Shown in pieces: positions 42,783-59,110 of a DNA stretch of 64,000 nucleotides (the stretch's first letter is position 1; the number at the start of each line of letters is the position of its first letter). The DNA comes from the human T2T-CHM13v2.0 reference genome, Homo sapiens. A program made the position numbers and the translations under genes. The stretch is taken from NCBI RefSeq assembly GCF_009914755.1, contig NC_060930.1; one strand, written 5' to 3'. Below the pieces are notes generated by a model. It was not told the DNA's origin and ran no database searches. It was given only the letters and a program-made list of their open reading frames with translations.

Positions 42783-44145
42783 AAACTCTTCACATACTTG
42801 GGGGAAAGAACATGAGACTAAAGGCTAAATCAAATATAATATAGTAAGAATATTATGGGATTCTTCTAGTCTGGTGCCAATTTTTCTTTTCCATTAAGGC
42901 CTATATAGGCCTTTTAATTTATACCTAAAAATATTTTTTAAAAATTCTAACTTGAGGTCCAAACAAAACAAATGACGCATCAAATCAGTCTTGAGATTTC
43001 AGTGCCAATGCAGTTAGAAGCTAGAGAAGGTAGAGAGAGTGAAATTGGGAGACAAGTCATTTATCTACTATTCATGTAAAACTCAGAAAATCATATTTTC
43101 CCATCTATAGTTGGAAATTCAGTTACTTTCTACAAATAGGAAAGATGTTTAAGATAATTAAAACTAACAAATGTTACAATTTTTATTAGTTTGCTGAATG
43201 CTTTTATATTTATTATATATAGTCCTCAGACATAGACAACAGATCATGTAAAATATAATTAAGCTTTTTCTAAATCAGCCAAGATTGTCATTGTCATAAT
43301 TTGGTATTGTATCATAAATAAAGTCTATTGTAGCCATCAGGCTGAAATGGAATTTGAGTTCTGAGATATTTCCTTTTATAAACCTTTTATCTTTGCTGCT
43401 TTATTTTAGAATACATATCTTTAAAGCTTACTAAGAAGGGTCTTTACCAGGGTAAACCATGAATTTGCCAATATTTAATCATTTTAACCTATAAAATATG
43501 AATTCCTCCTGGTTTAACCTAACACAATCAAAGATTGAGTCAAAAGCTGAAGAACTTTTTCATCAACTGTCTTTGCCAATACCCTTTGACATTTACAGAA
43601 CCCTTACTGTATTCAATGGTATGAAATGTAGGACATGCTGAACCATGTTTCTCCCTCCCTACATTCAGCCAAATGATTCCTTCTTTCCTTAATTCATACT
43701 TGCCTGGAGCTCATGCTCTTGTTTTCCATTACCACTATAAAGAGATAATGGAGCTATGCCTCTCATAGAATGTCATCCTTCCCCGCTGGCTTCTCTGGCA
43801 ATACAACTTGTAAAATCCCCTATCTCTGATTTACTGTTATCAAAATTCCACCTGTTGCTTTGTTTTGAGTTAACATTTAGTACATTGTGAGAAAAAATAG
43901 TTGGAATTTTGAATCATTGCATTTTAGAGGTAGAAGTAATCTTAGCAATCGCTTAGGCCAGCCCTCCTATGGTAGTTGTTGCCAGCTGCTGATTCCCTCT
44001 GCCAGCCTCATTTTCACCCAGTCCTCCCTGATGCTGCCAATGTACTTTGGGGATGGACCTGACTTAGCAGTGGAGGTTATCTCATTGACTCAGAAACCCA
44101 AGTCTAAGTTAATTAGCACAGCCAAGTCTGTGTCATTAGGGTGGC

Positions 44146-44548
44146 TATTATAGGCTGAATTGGGTCCTCCCAAAATTCATTTGTTAATGTCCTGACCCCT
44201 AGAATCTCAGAATGTGACCATATTTGGGGAGAGGGTCTTTAAATAGGTTTTTAGGTTAAAATGAGGTCATCTGGGTGGGTCCTATTCAAATATCACTGGT
44301 GTCCTTATGAGAAAAAGAGATTAGGACTCAGATAAACTCTGAGGGAAGACCATGTGAGGGCACAGGGAGGAGAAGATGGCAAGATGGCCATTTACAAGTC
44401 AAGGAGAGAGGCCTCAGAAGAAACCAGCCCTGTTCACACTTTGATATCCATCTTTTACCTTACAGCACTGTGGGAAAACAACCTTCTGTTGTTTAAGTCA
44501 CCAATCTGTGGTACTTTATTATGACGGCAGCACTAGCAAACTAATACG
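44146..44548 (+). mobile_element. MLT1B-like solo LTR
   Basis: ataggctgaattgggtcctcccaaaattcat..ctagcaaactaatac. Confidence 0.85.
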
Positions 44549-44794
44549 ATGGGACTGGGCATTGGAATAAGACCCATTTGGGCCATTATGTGATCCAATG
44601 AGTCTTCTGAGTTATTTAGGCCAGTTAGGGCCAAGTTTTCTGTTACTTACAGTCTCTGTTGTATGTGATGTTACCAACCTCTTCCTTTTACACAGAGAAG
44701 CTGAGGCTTCTTCAAATTTAAACATAGATTACAGAATTTGAAATAATTATCTTTCCTCAAAGATTGAGGCTATATGCATAATTGGTAGAAATAG

Positions 44795-45460
<666 letters not shown>

Positions 45461-46782
45461 CCAGGTAAACAGTTTCATGACTAGAATGAAGAAAACATTC
45501 ACTCTTATCTCTGATCAATCCAGAGAGGCTAAAGTGAGGAGAATTCGAAGTATTGGGAGAGAAAAAATCTGAAAATTAGCTCCTTGTGTCAGTAAGTCAA
45601 TACTAGTATCCCCTTTTCCAGTTTTATCTTTAGCCTCCTTAGCAGAGGCTTGCCCTATCCAGTATTTAGCCCTGCTATTTCTTTCATTACCTACTGCTTA
45701 CAGGTCTCAAGACTTCTGTGCTGTTTCATACATTCTTGCACCTGGGAGTAGCCCATGTGCACTTCTGTCCAGATTTGAATGCCGCAGTTTTTATATTCAT
45801 ACTCTTCCATCACCAGTAATAGATAATTACATTTTCAAAGCAGCTTCCACATTTTAAGTGCTTAAGACATGTTTTATGAGAACATAGACTGTGCTGCTCC
45901 TCTATATAGAAAATTCATATTCATCATTTGGTGAAGTGGGAATTTTACCACGGTTAGCCACTTTAAACTTCTTGACAGCTTCAAACCACTGTATCCCATT
46001 TACATTAACATTTTGTTCTAGAAAGTGGAAAAAGTTACATTGAGATATTCTCATTTCATACATTCTGAAGCATGCTTCGTGAATGAATTCTTTCTTCGAA
46101 ATCTTGGCAAGCTAAATTATGAGTAGAGATTGTCAAATTTAAGTGTTGTTTTTAAAAAACATGCTATGAGTATAATGAGAGCAGAGAAATCTTCCCAGAG
46201 CCTCAAACTGTGCCTGGCATGTAACACATGACAAATAAATACTCACTGAGTAAATATTTATTGAATGAATGACTGAGATAGAATTTGTGATATATTTATG
46301 CATTGCAAGTTGCTGAATAATTTTATCTTAAAAGTTACCTCTTAGGCCCATTTACTGTTGAACCTTCAAAATTTCAAATTGATATATATGATAGCAAATG
46401 ATAAGCTGTGCTGTCAAAGTTGGTGGTTTGCGTATGGGATGTTATCATTTGACTTACCAGTTAGTGACAGAGTTGGACAGATAGTAAGACTGCCCTCATT
46501 CTGGATATTATGCCGTGGTGTTTTGGGATACCATGATGCAAGGAACCTATAGAAAGTATCATTTTCTTCCTGAGGATGGGAGGAGCAATTAGTGCTACAG
46601 TTTATCTAAATTGCTACAGAAGTCTTCTTTCACATGGACACATCACTTTCTGGACACCCTTCCATATGTTGTGACTCAAATCAATAAAATCAATAGCAGT
46701 TTTACAGCTGGCTTGTAAAATGTCAAACCTGTGACTTCTGAAGTTTTCCAAGTTTTCTGTGGAGCCACACTGTTGAGTACTC

Positions 46783-47079
<297 letters not shown>

Positions 47080-47254
47080 GAATACATATTTAAGTGAAAG
47101 TGAAAAATCTGTATACTTCTGTGTTAGAAAAACCTTTAGAACCTTTGAAGTTTTTTTTTTTTTTTTTTTTTTTAATAAATTAAGCATAGTCAAAATCCTG
47201 GTACTATTTTTGTTTGGATTGCTTTTATTCTTCTCATGATTTAGGTTTGGTTTT

Positions 47255-47555
<301 letters not shown>

Positions 47556-48159
47556 TGAATTAGTTCTTTGTTGTCGTTGCTTGAATGGCTTTAAAACTTG
47601 AATCATTTCGGGGTTTAATTTGCTTACTACCTTAAAGATACAATTGGCATTACATCTAAATATATGGCCATTCCTTCATTATGGTCAAGACCTTGAAATC
47701 AGAAAAAATTATCATTTTATTTGCGTCAATTTACTTGATCATTCTTACTTTTCTAGAAACCATAGTCTGTAACTGGATATGAATATTCTAGACACTGCAG
47801 TTCTGAATTTCTGAATTATGGGCTTAAAATTCTAAAAATTCAGCACCCCAACCTTCAAAGTTAGCCAAGAGTAGTCACTGGTGTACGGGTTGATTTTATA
47901 TTTTAATAGTACTCAATGTCTTTTTATGCTAGAAACAAAAGAATTCTTTTGAAAAGGATTGACACCTTGATCAAAAACTGAAAATGAAAATGCATTCAAG
48001 TTTCATTCAACAACATCCGTGCTTCTTTGCCCCAGCCCAGTTTTCTTGACCTACTTGTGTGTATCCAGTGCCACTTTCGCACAAAGATTTAAAGACTGAT
48101 TAAGAAGAACTTGTCCTCTTTTTAAAGTGTAACTAGCAAGGATTCAACAGTATGTCACA

Positions 48160-48333
48160 GGTGGGCACAGTGGTTCATTCCTGTAATCCCAGTACTTTTG
48201 GAGGCTGTGTTGGGAGAATCACTTGAGGCCAGGAGTTCAAGATAAGTGTGGGCAACATAGCGAAACTCCCGTCTCTACAAAAGAATATTTTTTAAAAAAC
48301 TAGCCTGTTGTGGTGGTGCGCACCTATAGTCCT
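48160..48333 (+). mobile_element. AluJ left arm, truncated
   Basis: Ends at cctatagtcc. Confidence 0.85.
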
Positions 48334-49130
48334 GAAGTGTATCATGTGGCAGCTGACCCATATTTTTCTCTTGCACCTCAGTGTTCACATAACAAAGTGA
48401 ATTTATTCTCACAGCCAAGTTTTACTAACTGCAACTGTGAAAGGAAAGGTTCCTTTTTGATTTACATGTTTTAAGAACTATAGTCATTGAACCATTTCCA
48501 TATTAAATTGCATGGTAAGCAAGGCATCTTCAGTTTTAGACCATGAAGAAGACGCTGACAAATTACTATGTATTTCCATTGTTTCCCTGGGGCAACAGTT
48601 TCTGATCCAACCACTATTGTCACTTGGGATCTCTGAGCTCTAAGAAGTTAAATGAGACTAGAACAGTGTCAGTGGGATTTTGATACAAACAAGAAGCCAT
48701 CACATATTTCGGAAAGTGCACATAAACTTTCCCGTAGATTCTGGGAAACTTCCCTCCAGGATCATTAAAAAAAATTCATCTCCAAGATTTTTTAAAAATC
48801 TCTTCATTTGTTGTCTCCCTATCACTTACAGATTTGGGATTTAGTTGACATGCCAGAGGCAGCCTGCCAAATCTTGTGACTCAGACATATGACACTTCTG
48901 CTGGGAGTACAGACAGGTGGATACAGACCTGACCTATTTGCTAACTTTGTTCTGGGATTTCAACTATAGCACCCATCTAGTTGTTGGAAAATGATGCCAT
49001 TTGCATCTTTTACACAAATGTTTGTGGATTCAAGGTACATTTGAAAAAGGAAAGAGAACAAACCTCAAATCAAATAAGCTGTGTGATGGCCACCTGAAAC
49101 TGAAAAATTTGCTTTAGGGGTGATCTGAGT

Positions 49131-49240
49131 CAGTGTTCTCCCCGCACTGTGCCTCAGAACCACCTGGAGGGCTCCTACGACATACAGGTATGGGAGCCCC
49201 ATTCCTAAAGATTCTGAATCATGGACCCAAACATTTCCTT
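49131..49240. mobile_element. MER5-type MITE fragment
   Basis: cagtgttctc..tcagaaccacctggagggc..agattctga. Confidence 0.6.
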
Positions 49241-49494
49241 TCTAGGAGGGCAGCATAAGATATTTTACATTTCATCTGATGACTTTTTTATATATTGTTT
49301 TAATTGTTCATGTTTGTAAATTATCATTTTTATAATTTGAAAAGCATTTGTCCTCAATGTGGTCTTTCCTAACCACACCATACTTGCCAGTAGTTATAGT
49401 TTTATTATGGATACCCAAAATGCCTGCCACACCAAAACAAATCAATGTACAGTTTTAAATACATTGAACTGGTATGATAAACTTGATAAAAATG

Positions 49495-49675
49495 AATTTG
49501 AAAGCCTTGCTCTGCTGTTGTAAAAATTTAGGCAAGTTCTGTAACCTCTCTGAGCCTCAGATTCAATTGTGAAATGGGGACTTTAAGAATGTACTTACTT
49601 TTTGAGATTGGGCGAAAATTAAATTATACGATCCATGTCAGTTTTATATAGTGGGTATTCAAAAATGGTTTTTAG
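49495..49675 (+). mobile_element. MIR
   Basis: ttaggcaagtt..aacctctctgagcctcag..tgtgaaatgggga core. Confidence 0.7.
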
Positions 49676-50243
49676 TCATCAGCTACCCTAATCCCTCTTC
49701 CTGGACTAACAATATGAGGTCATTTACAACATGTTGAATTCATTTACTTACATCATTTTCACGTAAATATGTGGGTTTCTTCATTACAAATGTAAAAAAT
49801 ATATGTACACTTTTTGAACAGAGTATAGCAGTCTGAACCCTAAGGCAAATAGGAATTATATTACACAGGATTTTTTCTAGTTAACAAATGTTCTCTGATT
49901 TTTTTTCTGCTAGCTTTTCCTTATCACCTGCTGTTTCTATACCCATCTTTATTCACTGGTGTTTATTTATATATAACCACAGCTTTCACAGCTTCACAAA
50001 ACTCAAATAACGTTTCAGTGGGTTGTGTGTTTAGAAAGGAGACAGATGGATTTGGGATAATCATGAGTCTTTGTTGTTGTTAATGATACCATTTCAGGCC
50101 TGCTAGAAACATATACAGTCCAGCGACAGAAATGAAACAAGGAAACAGATAAGTTAGACTAATATAATATGTGCCATGGTTTTGGTACTTTATAATTTTC
50201 CTGTATACTCTGCCTCATTAAAAAAAGTTAACATTGTTACTTA

Positions 50244-50420
<177 letters not shown>

Positions 50421-50459
50421 AAAGCATTCTCCCGCCAGCTCTGGAGAGAGTCTTGGAGT

Positions 50460-50790
50460 TCCTTGGGGGTTGACCAGCAGCATCCAGCATCACCTAGAAA
50501 CTTAGAGATCCAGAATCTCAGCTGCCTTCTCCCCAGCTGCCAAATCAAAATTTGCATTTAAATAACATGCCTGGCCTAGCACCAAGGCTCACACCTGTAA
50601 TCCTAGCACTTCCTTTAGGAGGCCAGGGTTGGACAATCACTTGACACCAAGAGTTCGAGACCAGCCTGGGCAACACAGTGAGACCCCGTCTCTAAAATGT
50701 GTGTGTGTGTGTGTGTGTGTGAGTGTGTGTGTGTGTAAAATATTAACAGGTGGTTTGGATGAACTACACAGTTTGAGAAGCTCTGACCTA
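50460..50790. mobile_element. MER5-type MITE split by a FLAM (50573-50696) with (TG)n tail (50697-50735)
   Basis: ccagcagcatc..agcatcacctagaaactt..tgcattt|FLAM|caggtggtt..cagtttgagaagctctg. Confidence 0.75.
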
Positions 50791-52239
50791 GGGAAGAGTT
50801 AAGTCTTTGACTTAGCAGGTACAAAAGATGACTGACTCTCTTGAGATGTCTTTTAATTTAATTGTGGCTGTATTCAACCACAACACTTAGAATAAGTTTA
50901 TACAACATCTTCTTGATGATGCACAATGCTAGCTGCCTTTTTGTTGCCTTTGGAAACACTGCAATGCATTCATTGGAATGACAGTAGGCAGAAGTATTTT
51001 CTCTTTACCACACTTGTTTCAAGAAATTGAGGCTTTATTGCTCTGAAAACCTCTAAATTCTATGCAAAACTGTGAAATGTTTCTGAACCAGTAATACAGG
51101 AGAACAGATTGTTAAAGGATCTACTTCCATTTCTATTTATTTAAAAGTTTATAGGATTGGGTTAATGGAACTCAGATGAGTTTATTCATTACTCTGTCAC
51201 TTGGTTTATCACTCAGCTAAGACCTACTAGCTGCTATAAGTTTTTGATCAATATACAGCTTTAGATCATTTTTAGTTATATATTGTTAAATTTATACTCA
51301 TCATGGGTTGTTTGTTAAAAACCTAGAAACTGGAGAAACACTAATGGCAAAGAACAAGATATCAGTGAGAACCATTAATATGATACTTCTCTAAGCTGAT
51401 TTCAGACTGATCCTCTCTATATCCATAAGATGCAGTTACCAAAGCGAACTCTTAAAAAACAGATCCAAAGGTATTGATTGATTCAAAAATCAAAGTTAAA
51501 CATAGAACTATCATAAGGATTATGGCCACCATGGCTATTCATACATTAGACACCTCTACTTACACAATGTGTCATTTGCAGGGAGGTGCTTACAACTTCT
51601 GCGATCACATCATTAATAAACAAAACACAAATTAAAACAGAACAGTTGATTTTCCCTTAGTGGAAAATGTAAAATTCCAAAAACCAATTTATGAAATCAT
51701 TTATTAATTTTTTATTCTATAACAGTTAAATTTTATCTACATTTTCTCCTTAAATGCTTCTGAAAAATAAGCATGATATAGCTTCTAAAATTTGTTGATA
51801 AGCTTTCTTTCATAAATAAAGTAATCTAATAATGTATCTCTCATTAAATGAGAAAAGAGCAAAAATGTGTTTATATGTGATGACCACAGTTAAGGTATAC
51901 ATAAGAGTTTTCTAATACAATATTAAATACTATGCCAACTTAAAATAAAACATTTTAACTTAAAACATCTTCTTTAGTATTTCATTTTTATTTTATCTAC
52001 AGAGCTGTGGTTAACGGGTCTCAGATGTACCTCTTTATTATTCTGTCACTGGTTTACTCTGTCTCTGTCCCTCAGCCGAGACCAACTTTTATTACATTGT
52101 GTCTGAGTAAAGCAAAAAACTACATGCTAGTGTCAGAGAAATGATAACTTCTGTGTAACTGCCTTAGTGTGTGTAACATTTAAGGCAAAGACACCTACAG
52201 GTTTTATGAACCCTGATTCAAAAAGGGTTACTTCGCACA

Positions 52240-52405
52240 CTTACAGGTACTTACTATGTGTCAGACATTGTCCTAAGACTTAAAAAAAAATCAATATATT
52301 TGAATCTCAAAAGAATCCTATAAGATATGAGGTCATGTTATAAATGAGGAAACCAAGGCACAGAGAGGTCAAGTAACTTGACCAAGGTCACAGAGGCAAT
52401 AAATG
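52240..52405 (-). mobile_element. MIR
   Basis: tacttactatgtgtcagacattg..atgaggaaaccaaggcacagagaggtcaagtaacttgaccaaggtcaca. Confidence 0.85.
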
Positions 52406-53785
52406 GCATAAGTGCCACAGAAAGTGGCAATAAGTCACTCCTCATGATTACAGTATTCTACTGTATAGCTCTGCTAACCAAATCCAGTGCTCAAACCCCC
52501 TCCCAAGACATTTTAATATGTCTCCCTATGTCACCAGTGTCTCATGCTTCAAAAATAATTTTATTTTCCCTCTATTTCATTAACATTCTTTAGTGCATTT
52601 ATTTCAGTTATTAGGAAAAAAAAGAAATCTAATTTAAACTAATTCATACCAAGAGGCATTAAATTGTGGATAGATTCTGGCTTGACATAGTCATTGCACA
52701 GGTTTTCAACTTGAAAGGAGAACAATTGCTATTTTAAAGGAATGAATCTCAATTGTAGTGGTTTTCAAAATTCAAGACAGTCAACTTTCAGAGTCCAGCA
52801 GGAGGCTTATCCCCAAAATCCAGCCTCAAATACACAAAGTTCTGCTTTTCTATGTGATGGCTGTGCATAAAATTTCATTTGGGAAAATAAAAGGGACTCT
52901 GCTGCCTCAAATAACAGTAAATTGAACCACTCCTCTAATCCACTAGTCCAGTGAACTTTCTGGCTCTTCTTTCCCTCACCTCCATCAGACACATTTCATG
53001 CGCTCCCCCGACCCCCACCCTTGATAAAGAAGCACTTAGAGGCTCACAGAACAGCGCAGAATATCTCTGGGTTCAAAGAACTTCAGGAGGGATCCAGAAA
53101 GTACTTTTGAGTAGATGCATTGAGCCTCTCAGTAATGTGAAAGCAGGCTGCAGAGATCACCATCCCAGCAACAGGATTATTCTGTTTGATATCTGTTGCC
53201 AACAGCCACATTTCCCAGCATCTTGGATGCAAAAGGGGGTTTACTGACAAAGCAAAGCTTTTACATTGGGCCTTACAGGCACAGGAAAATCACCAGCTAC
53301 CTCAATGCACAGTCCCACGGTAGCATTCCTCCGGTCACTCTTAGAAAAGGCCCAAGTCATCTGGGCGCCTGGACTCACCCGCCCCAAGCAGGTGGCCCTT
53401 CTCCTGGTTCCCCTAGTTCTTCCTGGTAAATGGCAGAAATTGTATCTGACACAATGTGCGCAACTTTGTCCTTTGCTGGATTCAGGTTTCTGGTCATGGG
53501 TCAGATCACTCAGTGCCTGAAGCAATTTCTTCCTCCACACCCAATGAATGCTTCAGGGAATCATGCAGGGATAGGTAGATTTCTTTAGGTACATATTTGT
53601 ATTAATGAGAGCAGCTGGGAGCTGTCTTCCTGGTTCTAGTCAATGATTAACTTTTGAAGGCAGCCTCTTTGTGTGTGTGTGGTGTGTGTGTGTGAGAGAA
53701 AGGACTTGTTTTAAGTGTTCCCACACAAAGTTATACATCTGTTTTTCTAATCAATGAATGACCTAACTACAAAGAGTTGAAGCTA

Positions 53786-54212
<427 letters not shown>

Positions 54213-54498
54213 CTAGGGGCTGAATACACTGTTTTCTACCTATTCCTTCAGCCTCTGGGAATCCACAGGCCAATTCAATGACATATGCTCAGAGGGGTCA
54301 ATGATACAATTGCAGTTAGAGCCGTATTCACAATACATTTCTCAGAGAGAAAGCCTCAGTTCATTTCTACTCATTTCTTACTGAGAATTTTCACTTTATA
54401 CTTCTATGAGAGAGACATTAGTATACATGTTGGCCTGTGGTAAGGCATATTTAGCTGTATATTTAATAAAGGTTCCAAATGTGTTTGGTGATTATTAA

Positions 54499-54897
<399 letters not shown>

Positions 54898-55931
54898 AAC
54901 TATTAACCCAAACTCTGCATAAATCAATTCAGTATCTTCCCCAGACAAAACAGTACTTTCTCTGGATTCCCCATTTCTGTCCACATTTCTTTAAATAAAT
55001 CCTTTTTCTAGGCTCTCAGAATTGCATTATATTTCATTTACTTCTAAAATATTTTCAGTGTAACAGGTTTGATTTTACAAGACTATCCTAGACAACTGTT
55101 CCCCTTTTGGCATCATGCCTGCATCCTTGCAAGTGTCAATGGTGGAACTGGGCTTCCTGGCTTCAGGAGTTCAGTCCAAGTGATTAGCCTTATATAAGTG
55201 ATGGGTAATTGAACGTAAGAATTTATTGCAAAAGTCAGCCTTGTGTGTATCTATTAGTTAATTAGTCACACTAAACTATGAGTGAAAAAGTAGCAAATCA
55301 GGGCAAAATGCAGATAAAGAAAAAAATCCAAGTAACAGTAGAGATTATTTTTTAACTGATAAATGATAACAATAAAATAAAACTGAATTTCAGTAATTAT
55401 CAATTACTGATTCACCTAACTATGATCTTCCTCAAGTGGACCAAATAGAAAACACACTTACTTCAACAAGTAGCAATTGATGAGGTTACTAAACCCTGGT
55501 CTGTGGACTACCTGTATCAGAATCATTGGCGATCTTTCTATTTTAGTTTACTTGATTTTGTTTTGCCCTATATTATTTAAAAAATTTCTCAGTTATGAAT
55601 AACCAAAACATGTGCAAGTTACTGAAGAATGATCAGAGATTCAAAGTTGCTGGCTTTAAGGATAGAGAAAGGGATCGTGAGCCAAAACTCAGTGAACTAT
55701 ATTGAGAGTAAAAATTGAAAAAGAGTTTGGGAAGAATATTGTATCTTTTTTATGCCAATAAATGCTCATAAAGTTTCAAGTAATATGAGGATGAAAAATT
55801 GAGATTATATTCTCTGTAACTTGACTTTTTTGTAGAAGTACTAGAAATACTGACATCTGTTGCACTAAAGAAAGTAATGTTTATCAACTATATTTAAATT
55901 TTAGTTATCTCTTTCTAATTAAACAATTAAT

Positions 55932-56297
<366 letters not shown>

Positions 56298-56814
56298 TGA
56301 TGATGTTAAAGGAGAGATGCCAATTCCACCATTTCTACATTTCTTGGGGGAAGAAATTGTTCAAAATCATTATAATAATATCCATGTGAAATTATCTTCA
56401 TTAAGCCACAGTAAATAAATAAATAAATAATAGAAAATGAAAAAATAAGAAACGAGTGAGAAACACAATATTCTCTTTAATCAAACAACAAAAGACTTTA
56501 AAAGAATGCTCTGAGGAGACAATTCCATATATTTTTAAATCTATGGAGACATTGCCCTGGTCGATTTCCTTTGGAAAAGGAGGGAAGCTTAAAAACTTCA
56601 ATATTACAGGAAAAGATCAATATTACATCAGCACCCTATCCTGACAAGGCCAGTCTAAAAAAGTATCTTGCTAATTCTCTAACTTCTGTCACCACGTGCA
56701 TATATTTAGCATTGCAAAATATGCATAAAATGACCAAGAAGCAGGCAAGAGTGCTAAGAAATTATTTTTTTCTGCTCTACAATGTCAAACTTAAAAATTC
56801 AAATTCTAAAATTT

Positions 56815-57118
56815 TATTTTATTTTATTTATTTTTCTGAGAAGTGGTCACACTCTGTCACTCAGGCTGGACTACAATGGCGAGATCATGGCTCACTGCAG
56901 CCTCAACTTCCCAGGCTCAAGTGATCTTCCCATCTCAGCCTCTGGAGTAGCTAAGACTACAGGTACACACCACCATGCCCAGCTAATTTTCATACTTTTT
57001 GTAGGACAGGATCTTGCCATGTTGCCCAGGCTGATCTCAAACTCCTGGGCTCAAGCAATCCACCTGCCTTGGCCTCCCACAGTGCTGGAATTACAGGCAT
57101 TAGCCACTGTGTCCAGTC
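56815..57118 (-). mobile_element. AluJ
   Basis: TSD ctaaaatttta. Confidence 0.93.
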
Positions 57119-58119
57119 CTAAAATTTTAAATAACTAAATTGAAACAATTTTTAATGAAAAATTCAGATTTATTCTTGTATGCCAGAATTTCAATCTATG
57201 ACAATCCAGGTCTGACCATGAGTTCTGATGAATATTGGTTGTAATACTCTACCTGTTGGAATTTAGCCAAAATGTGTGTTTGATATGCTTTTAATGCTTA
57301 GCCAGGCTTGGGAACCACTCATTTACTGAATATTTACATGTGCCAAATCCTGGGTAATCTGGCAATAGAAAGACAAACATCTGCACAAAGTTACCCAAGA
57401 TAATTTATTAACTCCATTACCTGGCCTAGAGCTTGTTTTTGATATTGACTCACCCTTTCTTGCAAGGGCAAGGCCTTTTTGTAATTGTAAACATTTAAAC
57501 CAGTTTATTTTTCGAAGATGAGTAATAAGGATGAGGAGGATGTTTAGCACAATTGCATATTAAAATATTAGGAAACAGTGAAATACAAACACAGGAATAG
57601 ATAGATCAGAGTCCAGAAATTGATCAATTATATGAATTAAATGTGTGATAAAGGCAGAATTTCAAATCCATAGGAGTAATATGGATTACTATTCTCAAAC
57701 ATTATGAATAGCTAGTCATTGAAGGGAAAACAAAAACAAACCTGAATTCCAATCTTACTCCATGCACACTCAAATAAAATCCATACATGTTACAACTGTA
57801 AATGTAAAAAATAAAATTACAATATGACTAGAAGTTTTACAGTTAGTGAAAATTCAGCAAGCTATACACTTAAGACTTATACTTGTGTGATTATACATTA
57901 TCAGTAAAAAGTTTTAATTTTGATAAAATAATAGGTTATTTTTTAATTTTGGAGGAGAAAAGGCTTTTCAACTTTAATGAAAACTCAAAAAAAAAACCAG
58001 AAAAATTGGTAAGTTTAAATTACATGCATGTTTAAACTTTCTAAATGACATAAAAACACCATAAAACATTAAAAAAAACATCAAATTGGGAAAACATACT
58101 AGCAAAACTTTTGACAGAC

Positions 58120-59110
58120 TATATCAGGCAGGGTGTAACCAGGAAATGAGAGATCACTCTAAACTCCTGAAACAAAGATAATCTAATAAAGGAATTGTTC
58201 TCAGAGGTGATGGAAGAGAAAAGAAGCAAAAAAGGGGTTGATAAGCCCTTTAGAAGTTATCAACAGCAGGTAGCCTCTTTGCCCCTAAACTGGAAGGAAA
58301 AAAGGAGGATGTAGTGTTCCCAGTGCCCAGAGCCCTGCTGGAGCCAAAACCAGACAGCCCTCTCTGATGGCAGCAGAAGCCATAGGGAATATGCAGTGGA
58401 TGTTAGAGATGCTGCTTGAAGTAGAGGATGGGGTGGAGTGCAAACGTCCCAGCTCTTTCCTCCCTCTTGACTTCTGTATTAGTTTCCTAATTGCTGCTAT
58501 AACAAATTACTACATACTAGCTGACTTGGAGCAACACAGATTTATTTTTTTACAGTTCTAGAGATCAGAAATCTGAAATGCCTCTCACTGGGATAAAAAC
58601 AAGATGTCAGAACTGCATTTCTTTCCAAGGCTTTAGGGAAGAATCTATTTTCCTTGGCTTTTCCAGTTTCTTGAGGCTACCTTTCCTAGCTCCTCTTTCC
58701 TCTATTTTCAAAGGCAGCAATGGCCAGTCAAATCCTTCTCATGCTATCACCTTTTAAGTTCCCTTGTGATTACATCGGTACTACCTGGAAAACCTAGGGT
58801 AATCTCATTTTAAGGTCAGCTGATTTGCAAACATAATTCCATCTGTAACTCAATTCTCCTTTGCTATGTAATATGATGTGTTCACAGGTTTCAGGGACTG
58901 GGAAGTAGGCATCTTTGAGGGAGCTCTCCTTGTGCCTTCCATACCTTCCAGTCTCTCACCAGTGCCTCTCTTTGTCCAGATTCAACTGGAAGCCAACTGA
59001 CTGGGAAAGGAGTCTGCAAGGGCCAGTGCTCCACACCCCAACTCTCGTCCCACACAAACCCAGGGGAAAGACAGGAATGGATCTAAGAGCAGATGGGTAC
59101 CTGGAAAAAT
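58120..59110. mobile_element. Old ERVL-class LTR split by MLT1
   Basis: Pieces 58120-58474 and 58944-59110 rejoin across the MLT1 TSD; family not resolved. Confidence 0.45.
58475..58943 (-). mobile_element. MLT1C/D-like solo LTR
   Basis: tgtattagtttcctaattgctgctataacaaattac..; TSD ACTTC/CCTTC. Confidence 0.85.
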
